The position numbers and the translations under genes were made by a program. Below are positions 40,115 through 49,535 of a stretch of 64,000 nucleotides of DNA, piece by piece. The DNA is from a virus, in IMG/VR virus record IMGVR_UViG_3300044766_000192, positions 16,420 through 80,419 of that record; one strand, given 5' to 3'. The notes under the pieces were generated by a model. That model was not told the origin of the DNA and did not search any database. It worked only from the letters and a program-made list of their open reading frames with translations. Each line of letters begins with the position of its first letter. The stretch's first letter is position 1.

Positions 40115-41113
40115 GTGGGAAGACCGAAGATTCACGGTCGAAGTAAGCTACCAGAATATGTAGTTTGGTCGGGAATGCTTCAACGCTGTACAAACCCTAA
40201 CAACTCCGGTTGGAAAAACTATGGTGGGCGAGGCATCAATGTTTGCGAGCGTTGGCGGTCGTTTGAAAACTTCTTTGCCGACATGGGAGTACGACCGAGC
40301 CCCGAATTTACAATTGATCGTTTCCCAAACAACAACGGTGACTACGAGCCCACAAACTGCCGTTGGGCGACGCGATTAGAGCAAGGTCGAAGCACCCGTC
40401 GAGTAAAACTCTCAGTTGAGCGTGTTCAAGAGATCTTTCTGTTATCAAAACAAGGCGCAAGTCTTCGATCAATTGCTCAACGCTTTGGAGTATCAGACTC
40501 TACTGTTAGCTCGGTTCTAAACGGGACAACTTGGTGTCCACCAGGACAACCAAGAAAACAACCAGGCTACAAAAAACTGATGCTAGTAATCGGTTCCAAC
40601 ACCGCACAGGCACTCGCGCCGCATACTATAGAGCATTCATGGGTGATGTTCGTTCAAGTGGCATCACCGGGCGGCGTCATCGGCCCAATCAAGATTGAAG
40701 GTGTGCGCGGGTCTCAAGTAAGCAAACGCTTGTTCGCAATCTCCGAGGACAATCCCTATCCAGCGTACTTGATCGGGCTCGTCGAAACGCCGACGCCCGC
40801 TGAGCATGCGCAAGCAATCTGCGAGCAGTACAGCACAAGTCATTTACATGACGGTTGGTTCGAACCGACGCCGGTCTTGCTGCAATTCATTCAGCATGTC
40901 GGGCAAAGCGCGCTCGCGAGCTTGATCGCAGCGACGCGGCCTGGCGGCGTGCCTGATGCTGTTGTCGGCATCGAAGAAATTGCTACTGTGCTTGATGTTT
41001 CAGTGCCGACGATTCGCAGACTTGTCACAGCCGGTGCGATCCCCCACTTTCGTGTCGGTCGTCAGCTGCGATTCGTCGTCGAAGATGTGCTTGCATCTAT
41101 GAACCGCGGCTAG
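40115..41113 (+). CDS. HNH endonuclease fused to a degenerate GIY-YIG (T5orf172-like) domain and an excisionase-type HTH
   Basis: WSGMLQRC..YGGRGI..IDR..YEPTNCRWAT; VMFVQ..GPIKIEG..GWF; EEIATVLDVSVPTIRRL..IPHFRVGRQLRF; start GTG 40115 from the promoter. Confidence 0.75.
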   Translation: MGRPKIHGRSKLPEYVVWSGMLQRCTNPNNSGWKNYGGRGINVCERWRSFENFFADMGVRPSPEFTIDRFPNNNGDYEPTNCRWATRLEQGRSTRRVKLSVERVQEIFLLSKQGASLRSIAQRFGVSDSTVSSVLNGTTWCPPGQPRKQPGYKKLMLVIGSNTAQALAPHTIEHSWVMFVQVASPGGVIGPIKIEGVRGSQVSKRLFAISEDNPYPAYLIGLVETPTPAEHAQAICEQYSTSHLHDGWFEPTPVLLQFIQHVGQSALASLIAATRPGGVPDAVVGIEEIATVLDVSVPTIRRLVTAGAIPHFRVGRQLRFVVEDVLASMNRG

Positions 41114-41142
41114 CTGTCAGAGCTGCGTGGTAGCCCTTAGAT

Positions 41143-41436
41143 GTGGGGCCAACCCTCGTCGTCAATTGCCGTCGCGAGCCCTTTGACGTCTACATCGGAC
41201 GAGGATCGATTTGGGGTAATAGGTTCGTGCACCTTGTAACAGGACGCCACCAAGGTGTGATCGGCGTTGCGACACGCGATGAAGCGATCGATCGCTACGC
41301 TGAGTGGATCCAAACACAGCCGCAGCTTCTCGCGTTGATTCACACGCTCCGTGGAAAGCGTCTCGGTTGCTACTGTCTGTACAACCAACGCTGTCACGGC
41401 GAAATCCTCGCGGATCTCGCTGACGGCCTTCGCTAG
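41143..41436 (+). CDS. DUF4326 family protein
   Basis: FDVYIGRGSIWGN, LRGKRLGCYC, CHGEIL. Confidence 0.85.
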   Translation: MGPTLVVNCRREPFDVYIGRGSIWGNRFVHLVTGRHQGVIGVATRDEAIDRYAEWIQTQPQLLALIHTLRGKRLGCYCLYNQRCHGEILADLADGLR

Positions 41437-41465
41437 CTGCCAGACCTCGATGCTACGCCTCGAAA

Positions 41466-41597
41466 ATGCGAATCAACGTCTACAGCCAAGAACTGACTAG
41501 CGAGGTCATCCGGATGCCGCATTCGCAGAGTCGTCGTGAGGAAATGGCAAAGGCGTTCGAGCAGATCGCTAAGCTGTTCCGCACTGAAGGGAGGTAG
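41466..41597 (+). CDS. 43-aa protein, possibly internally deleted
   Basis: Class A promoter; MRINVYSQELTSEV...RREEMAKAFEQIA. Confidence 0.5.
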   Translation: MRINVYSQELTSEVIRMPHSQSRREEMAKAFEQIAKLFRTEGR

Positions 41598-41599
41598 GG

Positions 41600-42289
41600 A
41601 TGGGCCACATCGTCATCAATGGTAACGAGATCCCCTGCCTCGACCACGGATACGTGGCTCTCGTCGACGTGATGGGCGACGACCGCACGCCGGCTCAGAC
41701 CGCGCGCACGAGCTTCCGCAATCGCAAGGAGCGAACGGCCGAAGAGGACGCCAAGCTCACAGACTACTTGATCCGCAATCGCCACAACACGCCGCTCGAA
41801 TTTGTGAACCTGCGTTTCTATATGAAGATGCCGATCTTCGTCGCGCGTCAGCTCGTGCGCCACCGGATGGCGAGCATCAACGAGATCAGTTATCGCTACG
41901 TGCAAGCTGCGCGCGAATTCTACGTACCAACGTCCGATCGCATGCAGCGAAAGGCCGAGACGAACAAGCAGGGCTCATCAGAGGAGATCGTCGACGATCC
42001 GCTCATGTGTAACCGGTTGATGGTCGCCGTCGGGCACCAAGCGTTCGACGCGTACGAGAAGCTCCTCGCACACGGGCTTGCCCCAGAGATCGCGCGTAGC
42101 GTATTGCCGCTCGGCACGTACACCGAGTGGTACTGGGCCGCTGATCTCCACAACACGCTCCACATGCTGAGCTTGCGGCTCGACCCACACGCGCAGTACG
42201 AGATCCGCGTCTACGCCGAGGCGATGTTGAATCTCCTCAAGCCGATCTTTCCGACGATCATCAGCTCTTGGGGGAAAATCCGTGGCTAA
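41600..42289 (+). CDS. thyX: Flavin-dependent thymidylate synthase
   Basis: H.TPLE, RHRMASINEISYRY motif, HAQYEIR. Confidence 0.95.
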   Translation: MGHIVINGNEIPCLDHGYVALVDVMGDDRTPAQTARTSFRNRKERTAEEDAKLTDYLIRNRHNTPLEFVNLRFYMKMPIFVARQLVRHRMASINEISYRYVQAAREFYVPTSDRMQRKAETNKQGSSEEIVDDPLMCNRLMVAVGHQAFDAYEKLLAHGLAPEIARSVLPLGTYTEWYWAADLHNTLHMLSLRLDPHAQYEIRVYAEAMLNLLKPIFPTIISSWGKIRG

Positions 42290-42394
42290 GGATCGTTCGG
42301 CGATCGTTGAGCTTCAACCGGCAGACAAGCAGGTTGAGCGCACGCGAACTTGGTACCGCCGCCGAAAGAAGTTGGCGATTCCTGAAAACCTACG

Positions 42395-42691
42395 ATGGCT
42401 AGAAGAATGATCATTCACAAGAATCGACCAAAATCAGAGCCCGACACGTTTCGCATCAGTGGCAAGCCTCCAACAGAAGAGGCGGTTGATCATCCCGCGC
42501 ACTACGGCGGCGAGAACAATCCGTACGAAGCGATCAAGGTGATCGAGGCGCTCGGTCTCGGATTCAATCTCGGAAACGCTTTCAAGTACATCGCGCGAGC
42601 GGGCAAGAAAGATCCCGCGAAAGCCCTCGAAGACTTGAAAAAGGGGGCGTGGTATTTGAATCGAGAAATAGAGAACAGATCGAAAAAATGA
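42395..42691 (+). CDS. DUF3310 family protein
   Basis: VDHPAHY, GNAFKYIARAGKK, EDLKKGAWYL. Confidence 0.85.
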   Translation: MARRMIIHKNRPKSEPDTFRISGKPPTEEAVDHPAHYGGENNPYEAIKVIEALGLGFNLGNAFKYIARAGKKDPAKALEDLKKGAWYLNREIENRSKK

Positions 42692-42890
42692 GCGAGCGCT
42701 ACAAGCCGAAGGATCTCCTCCGAGCACGCGGCACGAGCCCCGTGAAGACTCAACCCAAGCCAACGGCGATCGACTATCACCAACAGCTACTACGAAAACG
42801 AACAGCTGAGCGGATCGGTGGAAGCCCCGTCGAGTGCAGTCACGGCGTGCCGTGGGTCGACTGCACGATCTGCTCGAAACCGATCAAGCG

Positions 42891-43319
42891 CTAGCGACGG
42901 CGCTTTTTCTTGCCGCCGAGATGCTTCGCGAGGAACCAAGCACCCGTGCCGAGCGCCGCGACGATGCCGAGCTTGGGAACCCAGCCCCATGTATCTGGGA
43001 ACACGCCCGCGAGAGCTGGATATGGACGGAGACCTGGAGGATGCTTCCAACCGATCTTCCTATCAGACCCCCAGACGGTTCCCCCGCCGAGCGAGCTGAC
43101 GAAGCGCTTGAGCGGCGGATCGACCATCGTGATCCCGAGACCTGCAAGCCCGCGACGGTCGCTCGTTCCGGGGCCGAACGTCCCGAACACCGTCGGGTTG
43201 AGGGGCTGAACAGTCGTCTGCATCACGCCCTCGGGCATCACGAGATTCCGGTTGAGGTTGTAGTTGACGGTGGGATCTGGCGAGAACTGCCAGTCAGGAA
43301 TGATGCCGAGCGAGATCAT
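42891..43319 (-). CDS. Tail-anchored virion membrane protein
   Basis: MISLG leader; LAGLG; WGWVP-TM-KKKRRR. Confidence 0.75.
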   Translation of the reverse strand: MISLGIIPDWQFSPDPTVNYNLNRNLVMPEGVMQTTVQPLNPTVFGTFGPGTSDRRGLAGLGITMVDPPLKRFVSSLGGGTVWGSDRKIGWKHPPGLRPYPALAGVFPDTWGWVPKLGIVAALGTGAWFLAKHLGGKKKRRR

Positions 43320-43321
43320 GG

Positions 43322-43636
43322 TTAGCCCTTCCTTTTCTTGCGGCGCGGTGGGCGTACGATCACGCCAGTCATTCGACGATTGTACTCAGCGTATTCGCTG
43401 ATATCGGGTCGTGCAAAAGAGATAGCCGCCGACGCCGCATCCCGCATTGCACGAGGATCATCAACGGCGATTCGCCGATCGTGAGCACTGCGTGCACCTC
43501 CGCTGGGATTTCGAACGTAGACAATCTCGCAACGCTCGCCCTTCACAGTCGGGCAGATCTTCACCCTGTACTGATCCGTTCGATCGTTCCACGCGACGTC
43601 CATCTTAAGCCGCCCGCTGATAAAACGTTTCGCCAT
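43322..43636 (-). CDS. Basic protein
   Basis: MAKR...PPRRKKRKG. Confidence 0.7.
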   Translation of the reverse strand: MAKRFISGRLKMDVAWNDRTDQYRVKICPTVKGERCEIVYVRNPSGGARSAHDRRIAVDDPRAMRDAASAAISFARPDISEYAEYNRRMTGVIVRPPRRKKRKG

Positions 43637-43639
43637 AGC

Positions 43640-43897
43640 TCAAGCCCTCTTCGGTTTGCCGTAGCCTTCAGCCAGGGCGATGGTTGGAACGATCACCGGG
43701 AACAACCCACCGAGGATGAACCACAAAATCCCCCACCCGATCGACTTGTTGCGACGGTAGCCGTGGAAGCCGCTGACCGCCGCTGACGCCGTTGCGAGGT
43801 AGGCGAGCCACGGAATCTTTGGCGGCATCGGAACAGGCGGCATCGCAGCCGGATCGATCAACGAAGGATCGTCGCTGAGCCCGATGAGAGTGATCAC
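43640..43897 (-). CDS. Two-TM membrane protein
   Basis: MITLIG leader; HGYRRNKSIGWG. Confidence 0.7.
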   Translation of the reverse strand: MITLIGLSDDPSLIDPAAMPPVPMPPKIPWLAYLATASAAVSGFHGYRRNKSIGWGILWFILGGLFPVIVPTIALAEGYGKPKRA

Positions 43898-43919
43898 AGC
43901 GTCATCCTACACCAAAACG

Positions 43920-44636
43920 CTATGCGTCAAAATCTGTGATCCGGCCGACCGGCATCTCGACGCCGAAGTTGTTCTTACCGGGCAAGGTCGAATCGAGCGC
44001 GAGCCATTTCGTCGGCGCGACCTTGGGCAAGCCCGCCACCGCGTAGATGTGCGAATCTTCCCCGCGCCGTGTCTCGGCGACCACGCGCAAGCGCGGCGTG
44101 ATGCCGTTGAGTGCGAGCAGCGTCGCCGAAAGCGCAGAGTGATCGTCGCAGTCGCCACCACGAAATTCGTTGGTGCGCTTGGGGCTCTGGAACAGATCGA
44201 TACCTTCGACGGGACCGTTGCGGCCAAACTTCACCGGAGCGATGTCGCCCGTGTAGCGCACACGACCCTTGACGTAGTCATAGACGGCCTTGGCTTCGCA
44301 CGTCCCATCACGCTCGGGACAGTGCTGCGTGATCCCGAGCGCGAGCTTACGCATCTGCGGATCCTGCACGCCTTTGTAGACGAGATCTTGGATCGACGCG
44401 ACGCGCTCCTCGATCGGCATCAGGGCCGAGCGCCGATGCTCCGTCCGCATGCCGCCTGATTCAGTAGACCCAACGAGCGGCGCGGGCGAGTAGCGCTTGG
44501 TGACGAGCCGATACTTCGGCTTGAACAGCCCCAAGCCCGCGAGCTGCCGCTGGCGCCGGCCAAAATAGACCAAACCGCCGATGATCGCGATGGCGCCGAC
44601 CGCGATGCCGAGGCGCTTCTTGTTCCGAGACGTCAT
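43920..44636 (-). CDS. Membrane-anchored transglutaminase-like cysteine enzyme
   Basis: N-terminal TM; VRYTGD, GDCDD (Cys), SHIY (His), ALD (Asp). Confidence 0.85.
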   Translation of the reverse strand: MTSRNKKRLGIAVGAIAIIGGLVYFGRRQRQLAGLGLFKPKYRLVTKRYSPAPLVGSTESGGMRTEHRRSALMPIEERVASIQDLVYKGVQDPQMRKLALGITQHCPERDGTCEAKAVYDYVKGRVRYTGDIAPVKFGRNGPVEGIDLFQSPKRTNEFRGGDCDDHSALSATLLALNGITPRLRVVAETRRGEDSHIYAVAGLPKVAPTKWLALDSTLPGKNNFGVEMPVGRITDFDA

Positions 44637-44651
44637 CGTGGCTCTAGCCTA

Positions 44652-45470
44652 TCACGCGCGCTTGTGGTGGCTGAAGATGAGAGCGAGCGTACCGAGTAAC
44701 GCGAGGCCAGTCGGGACGTACCAATAACGAGCCGCTACTTCTGGAAGGGAAACACCCATACCGGATTTGCACTCGTTCGACCAGCACCACCACGGTCGCG
44801 GCGCCATGCAGCCGTCGCCTGTGGGCGTAGGGATCATTCCAGAAGGACACGTCATCGTCGACGGCGGTGTCATCGTCGACTGAGCGCCAGCGGTCGGTGG
44901 CGGGCACAGGCTGATGTCCTGCGCTGAGCTTCCATCTGGACACAAAACGAAAGACGCCGGTTGTTGATCCTGTGGCAACGGCGGTGGTGGTGGCTGATAG
45001 ATCGGCACTACGAGCGGCGGCGGCGTGGCAATCAGTGTCGAGGGATCAACGCCGAGATACGACGCGTAGCTCTGTACGAGCGCCTCTACGTTCGCTGCGA
45101 TCCAATCAGCATTGACGCTGACGTCGAACAGCGCGAACTGCGGGATCCCGGTGTTCGCCATAAACAGGATCGCGTTGATGGTCGTCTGTCCGATGTTGCC
45201 GTCGACACTGATCGACGGAAAGCTCTGACCTGCTGGAAGATTTGCAGCAACTGCCAGGTTGAGCAGCACTTGAAGCTGCTGGACGCAGTAGCCTGGCGTG
45301 CACGCGTAGCTCGGTGGCGGGGCGTAGCTCGTCGACGGTACGAGCGCGCTCGTACTTTGTGAAGCAGCCGCACGCGTTGGAAATGATCTCGTCGGCAATA
45401 GCGCTGTAGCCGGATCTGATGGATCTGCTGTGCCGCCTGGTGCCATCCCGAGGCTCGTAATCGAGAGCAT
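44652..45470 (-). CDS. Tail-anchored protein with peptidoglycan-binding-like and Cys/Pro-rich regions
   Basis: MLSITSLG; VQQLQVLLN..VDGNIGQTT; TM-HHKR. Confidence 0.75.
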   Translation of the reverse strand: MLSITSLGMAPGGTADPSDPATALLPTRSFPTRAAASQSTSALVPSTSYAPPPSYACTPGYCVQQLQVLLNLAVAANLPAGQSFPSISVDGNIGQTTINAILFMANTGIPQFALFDVSVNADWIAANVEALVQSYASYLGVDPSTLIATPPPLVVPIYQPPPPPLPQDQQPASFVLCPDGSSAQDISLCPPPTAGAQSTMTPPSTMTCPSGMIPTPTGDGCMAPRPWWCWSNECKSGMGVSLPEVAARYWYVPTGLALLGTLALIFSHHKRA

Positions 45471-45535
45471 GTTGCGAGCCTATCACGAGCACCGTGAAGC
45501 TCGCAGGCGTCTCGTACTTGGGATAGGGTAGGCTC

Positions 45536-46645
45536 ATGCTCTCGTTCTCGCTCTTGGGGGCGCTACCTACCGATGCGATCTCGCTCATCGCCCATCAGGC
45601 GACGTTTCTTCCGGCACGGCAGCCACTGACACCCGGCATGTGCTCGGCAGACGGGCAATTCATTTGGAACGGTCCTGACCCCGGCGGCTACTGGTCGCGG
45701 CTCGTAGCAGGTCAGCAATGCACGAGCCTCTCGACAGTTGGCCCAACGGTTCAGACGGAGCCCCAAGGCGGTATCGGTCCGACGTTGTGTTATGCGCGCG
45801 GGACCCACGACATCGTCGAGTGCCCACCTACGGATCCCAACGCCCCCGCGAACGTGCCAAAGCCCGTCGATTCAAAACCGATGAAGATGATCCAGGTCGG
45901 GCCGTTCACGATTCCCTATCAGGCGCAGCAATTCACGATCCACTGGAGCACTGCTCTGCCGTCGGACTGGCAGACCTTCATCAACAAAGAGCTAGCGCAC
46001 GACTGCGACAACTGCGTCGTCAGCTCGATGAAGGACGCGAGCGACATCCCCTACCTGAAAGATTTTCTCGGCGGGGGCATGCCGGCACAGTTCAACCAAG
46101 ATTTCGTCGTCGGTGCGAAGGGCACGATCCACGGACAGTTCACCGGTCAGATCACTGTCACCCCGGACACGGATCTGTCGAGCTACAACCCGATCGTCCT
46201 GACTCAGCACCCGGATACTGGCGAAGACTTCGGCATCTACATGGCGCTCGGTGTTCAAGATCTATCGCGCCCCTACGACGCAAAGACCAACCCTGCGGTC
46301 CTACAACTCCTGTGGCGAAAAGTTGAGCGGACCTGGTACGCCGCAGCGTGGAATTGGATCAAGCACATTGTCGCCAAGATCATTGAGATCGGCGGCGAGC
46401 TGATCTGCGGCTACGTCTGTACGCCAGATGCCGTCGACAAAGCCGTCAAAGCGGCGATGGCCAGCAAGAATCCGTACGCCGTGGCTGGAGCTGTGATCGG
46501 TTCTGCCATCGCCGTCGGAAACTGCACGTGTCCGCTTCCGCCGTTGGTGCCCGTCGTGCCGCCGCCGGCAAGCTACACGGGGTGGATCATCGCCGGGCTC
46601 GTTGCAGTAGGCGTCATCGGCGCAGTCGTATACCGGCAGTCATGA
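45536..46645 (+). CDS. Cys-rich tail-anchored protein
   Basis: MLSFSLLG; paired Cys; C-terminal TM. Confidence 0.75.
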   Translation: MLSFSLLGALPTDAISLIAHQATFLPARQPLTPGMCSADGQFIWNGPDPGGYWSRLVAGQQCTSLSTVGPTVQTEPQGGIGPTLCYARGTHDIVECPPTDPNAPANVPKPVDSKPMKMIQVGPFTIPYQAQQFTIHWSTALPSDWQTFINKELAHDCDNCVVSSMKDASDIPYLKDFLGGGMPAQFNQDFVVGAKGTIHGQFTGQITVTPDTDLSSYNPIVLTQHPDTGEDFGIYMALGVQDLSRPYDAKTNPAVLQLLWRKVERTWYAAAWNWIKHIVAKIIEIGGELICGYVCTPDAVDKAVKAAMASKNPYAVAGAVIGSAIAVGNCTCPLPPLVPVVPPPASYTGWIIAGLVAVGVIGAVVYRQS

Positions 46646-46657
46646 TAGGGTAGCCCC

Positions 46658-47152
46658 ATGCTCGCTTTCTCGTTGCTCAGCGGCCCGCTCACTGTTCGCC
46701 TGCTTGGGAACGCGTCCATCGGGTTTCGTGGTGTTCTCGGTAGCCTCGGCGCCGATGTCGATCAGAATGCCGGAGATGGGAGTAGCTGTCCCACAGAAGA
46801 ACCCGTGTGGAGCGACTTCTATGGATCATGCGTCGTCGCCTGCCCCGCGGGGCAGACATACGACAACAGCGGCAACTGTGTCGGCGGCGGCGGTGGTGGA
46901 GCACAGCCATCACAACCATCCAGCGGCGGATCATGGTGGTCACAGGCGATCACGGCGTTCACGAAGGGCGCGGCGCAGGGCGCACTCGCACCCAAGACGC
47001 CCACGCCGACGTACCCGAAGCCGATCGCCGTCGCGCCCTGGTACACGCAGTGGTGGGGCATCGGTGCGATTGCCGTCGGTGTACTCGGCGCCGGAGCGCT
47101 AATCTTGAGCCCAAAGAAGTCGACTGCTGTTGCGGGGCATCGTCGCAGGTAG
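46658..47152 (+). CDS. Cys-rich tail-anchored protein
   Basis: MLAFSLLSG; CP..C..CP..C; PWY-TM-KK..RRR. Confidence 0.75.
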   Translation: MLAFSLLSGPLTVRLLGNASIGFRGVLGSLGADVDQNAGDGSSCPTEEPVWSDFYGSCVVACPAGQTYDNSGNCVGGGGGGAQPSQPSSGGSWWSQAITAFTKGAAQGALAPKTPTPTYPKPIAVAPWYTQWWGIGAIAVGVLGAGALILSPKKSTAVAGHRRR

Positions 47153-47158
47153 GAAGCC

Positions 47159-47578
47159 ATGGGACTTTCACATCCCTACAACTATGAGCCGCTCTGGCAG
47201 GCACGCCGTGCAGAGCTTCGCGAAGCGCGCGAGCTTCACAACCGGACGCTCGGCGACGCCGCCAGCACCATCAGTCAGGCGATCAACGTCATCAACGATT
47301 CGGGTGAGTATCTGGGAACGATCCAGCACATCCTTGAAGATCCAGATCTGCCGGGGTTGATCCAACGTGTCGAGACGCTTCGCTCGTTCGAGCCTCCCGC
47401 GGATCCGTACGCGCCTGATTCGGGGCCGGGACCGGGCATCGGGCTGCACCAATTTCTCGGGCCGTTCGATCTCTATCTCAAGATGAAGCAGTATCCGATT
47501 CTCCCGTGGCTCGCTGTCGCTGGGATCCTGACGCTGATCGGCGGTGTCGGTTATGCCATCGGAAAGCGTCGAGGATAG
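47159..47578 (+). CDS. Tail-anchored protein
   Basis: PWL-TM-LIGGVGYAIGKRRG. Confidence 0.75.
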   Translation: MGLSHPYNYEPLWQARRAELREARELHNRTLGDAASTISQAINVINDSGEYLGTIQHILEDPDLPGLIQRVETLRSFEPPADPYAPDSGPGPGIGLHQFLGPFDLYLKMKQYPILPWLAVAGILTLIGGVGYAIGKRRG

Positions 47579-47803
47579 ATGCTAGCAATTTCTCTAACAC
47601 CCTACGTCGGCGTGGCCCCGAGCACGACGACGATGGCACTCGGTGCCGCAGAACGCCGCAAAATGTGGTGGAACCCGTACGTAGATCTTCCGACCCTTCG
47701 CGGGCTAGGTCAGACGAAGACTCGTTGGGATCTGTTCGCGCTCGCGTTCGGTGCCTCGCTTGCGAGCGCCGTCGGTTACGCGTACTGGCGCGGTCGCAAG
47801 TAG
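47579..47803 (+). CDS. Small tail-anchored protein
   Basis: MLAISLTPY; LRGLG; AVGYAYWRGRK. Confidence 0.7.
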   Translation: MLAISLTPYVGVAPSTTTMALGAAERRKMWWNPYVDLPTLRGLGQTKTRWDLFALAFGASLASAVGYAYWRGRK

Positions 47804-47904
47804 TTCGCGATGCGGATCGTTCAAGCTGATCTCGATCACAAGCAGCTCCAGCGTCTCAAAGCTCGAACCTGACATGAAGCCGGACAATCTAGTAGTCTGG
47901 ACAC

Positions 47905-48405
47905 GTGATCGCAACCCCGAGCCTCGTTTTCACGACTGGGGTTGATCCGTTCCAGCTGCTGATCAACGTCGGTACGTGCTCGGTAGCCGGGCATGCTGCG
48001 CTCGGACTCGGCGATCAGCTGCTCCATGCTTACGAAGACGGCGTCAAGCTCGAACCGCGCAGCACGTGGTTGGGCCGAGACCGCCAGCGGCTCATCGCCG
48101 AATTCTTGATCCTGCCCGACGTCGGCGACGGAATCGACTTCGCGTTGTCACAAGTCGGCAAAGGCTACGACGCGAGCGGTGTGGTTCGAGCAGCGATCTC
48201 GCGCCTCTTGCGATTGACGCTGTCACCGATCCAATATCTCGGGCCCGCATCGATGAAGAAGCACACGTGCGCGGCGTTTGTCATGCTGATCGACCCCTAT
48301 GGCCGGCGAATTCCCGAGTGGAGCGGCTTCGATCGCGCGACAATCGTACCAGGCGACCTGTTAGCCGCAGCGGCTATCGGGCCGAGCTTTCAGCGAGTCG
48401 CTTAG
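47905..48405 (+). CDS. Permuted papain-like NlpC/P60 (YiiX/YebB-like) enzyme
   Basis: GHAALG (His), GKGYD, TCAAFV (Cys), PGDL; TAGTCT-N6-GTG. Confidence 0.75.
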   Translation: MIATPSLVFTTGVDPFQLLINVGTCSVAGHAALGLGDQLLHAYEDGVKLEPRSTWLGRDRQRLIAEFLILPDVGDGIDFALSQVGKGYDASGVVRAAISRLLRLTLSPIQYLGPASMKKHTCAAFVMLIDPYGRRIPEWSGFDRATIVPGDLLAAAAIGPSFQRVA

Positions 48406-48427
48406 CTCTTGTGATAGGCTCAGCTCG

Positions 48428-49213
48428 ATGCTTGGAGTGATCCTCACGCCCTACCCCGAGATCGCCCAGGCGCGCGGCGGCCAAGGCAACTATCTCGAAC
48501 CCTACGATCCGTACTACAACCAGCGCGGCGAGCGCGGTTGGTACCACGATACGCAGCTCGGGGACATCCCGACCGATGCTGAGCTAGCTACGGCCTACGG
48601 CTATACGCCGGTCAACTCGGGCTGGATCAACGCACGCGAAGGCTACATTACCGGCCCGTGGCGCGGCGGTTGGGATCCGGCTGGCGCGTACGGCCCGCCG
48701 ACGAGCCTCTCTGGTCTCGGTCAGGCACCACTTGATCCTGCAAATGCCGCTGCTGCTGCCGTCGTCGCGCTCCAAGATCAGCAGAGCCGGGCGTTCAAGT
48801 TGATGATCATCTCGACGTCGGCCATCGCGATCTCCGCGTTGCTCGCAGCGTGGCGAACGGCGCGCGAGATCCGCAAAGACGCTAAAAGGATTCATCGAGA
48901 TGCGGCGAAGATCGAACACGAAGTCGAGAAGCCGCTTCGCCAGGCGCCAATCCCTACCTATCGAACGAGCGCCGACGTGCTCTCGCGCAAGAACGGATCG
49001 GGATGGCGGCTCGTGGGCTGGACCGTCGCGCGCACGCTGCTCATCGCGCCGCCGATGCTCGTTGTCGGTGTGCCGGGCAAGCAGGCGTGGCTCGGTGCGG
49101 GTCTGGCTTCGGGACTGATCTCGACGCTCGCGCTGCTCAGAATCTTCGATGCCGGAAAGAGTGGGCTCGGCGGGCGATCGACGCGAAGCCTGAAGCGTCG
49201 CTACGCACGTTGA
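48428..49213 (+). CDS. Multi-TM virion membrane protein
   Basis: MLGVILTPY; LSGLG; three hydrophobic segments; basic tail. Confidence 0.7.
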   Translation: MLGVILTPYPEIAQARGGQGNYLEPYDPYYNQRGERGWYHDTQLGDIPTDAELATAYGYTPVNSGWINAREGYITGPWRGGWDPAGAYGPPTSLSGLGQAPLDPANAAAAAVVALQDQQSRAFKLMIISTSAIAISALLAAWRTAREIRKDAKRIHRDAAKIEHEVEKPLRQAPIPTYRTSADVLSRKNGSGWRLVGWTVARTLLIAPPMLVVGVPGKQAWLGAGLASGLISTLALLRIFDAGKSGLGGRSTRSLKRRYAR

Positions 49214-49535
49214 TCGCGCGAGCCGTGTTTCAGCAGGTGAACGCCAAACGCGAGCATCAGAATCGGCCAAACGAGTGCAAGCGCGGCTGCCGCAACGAGA
49301 TCGCGCGATAGCCACCAACCCCAGTAAACGTGCCACAAGGTCGCGAGTACGCCGATGAAGGCGAACCCGGAGACGATAAGGTAGGCCGTGAGTCCCAGGG
49401 CGATTTCGCCAACCCAGTAACAGATCGCACACGCGATAGCTAACTGAACAACGTATCGAGCAATCTGCATGCTCGTCTTTTAGCAGGCTGCTCTGTCAGT
49501 TCGTAGAGATCTCGCTTCGTCGCCAATCCGGTAGA

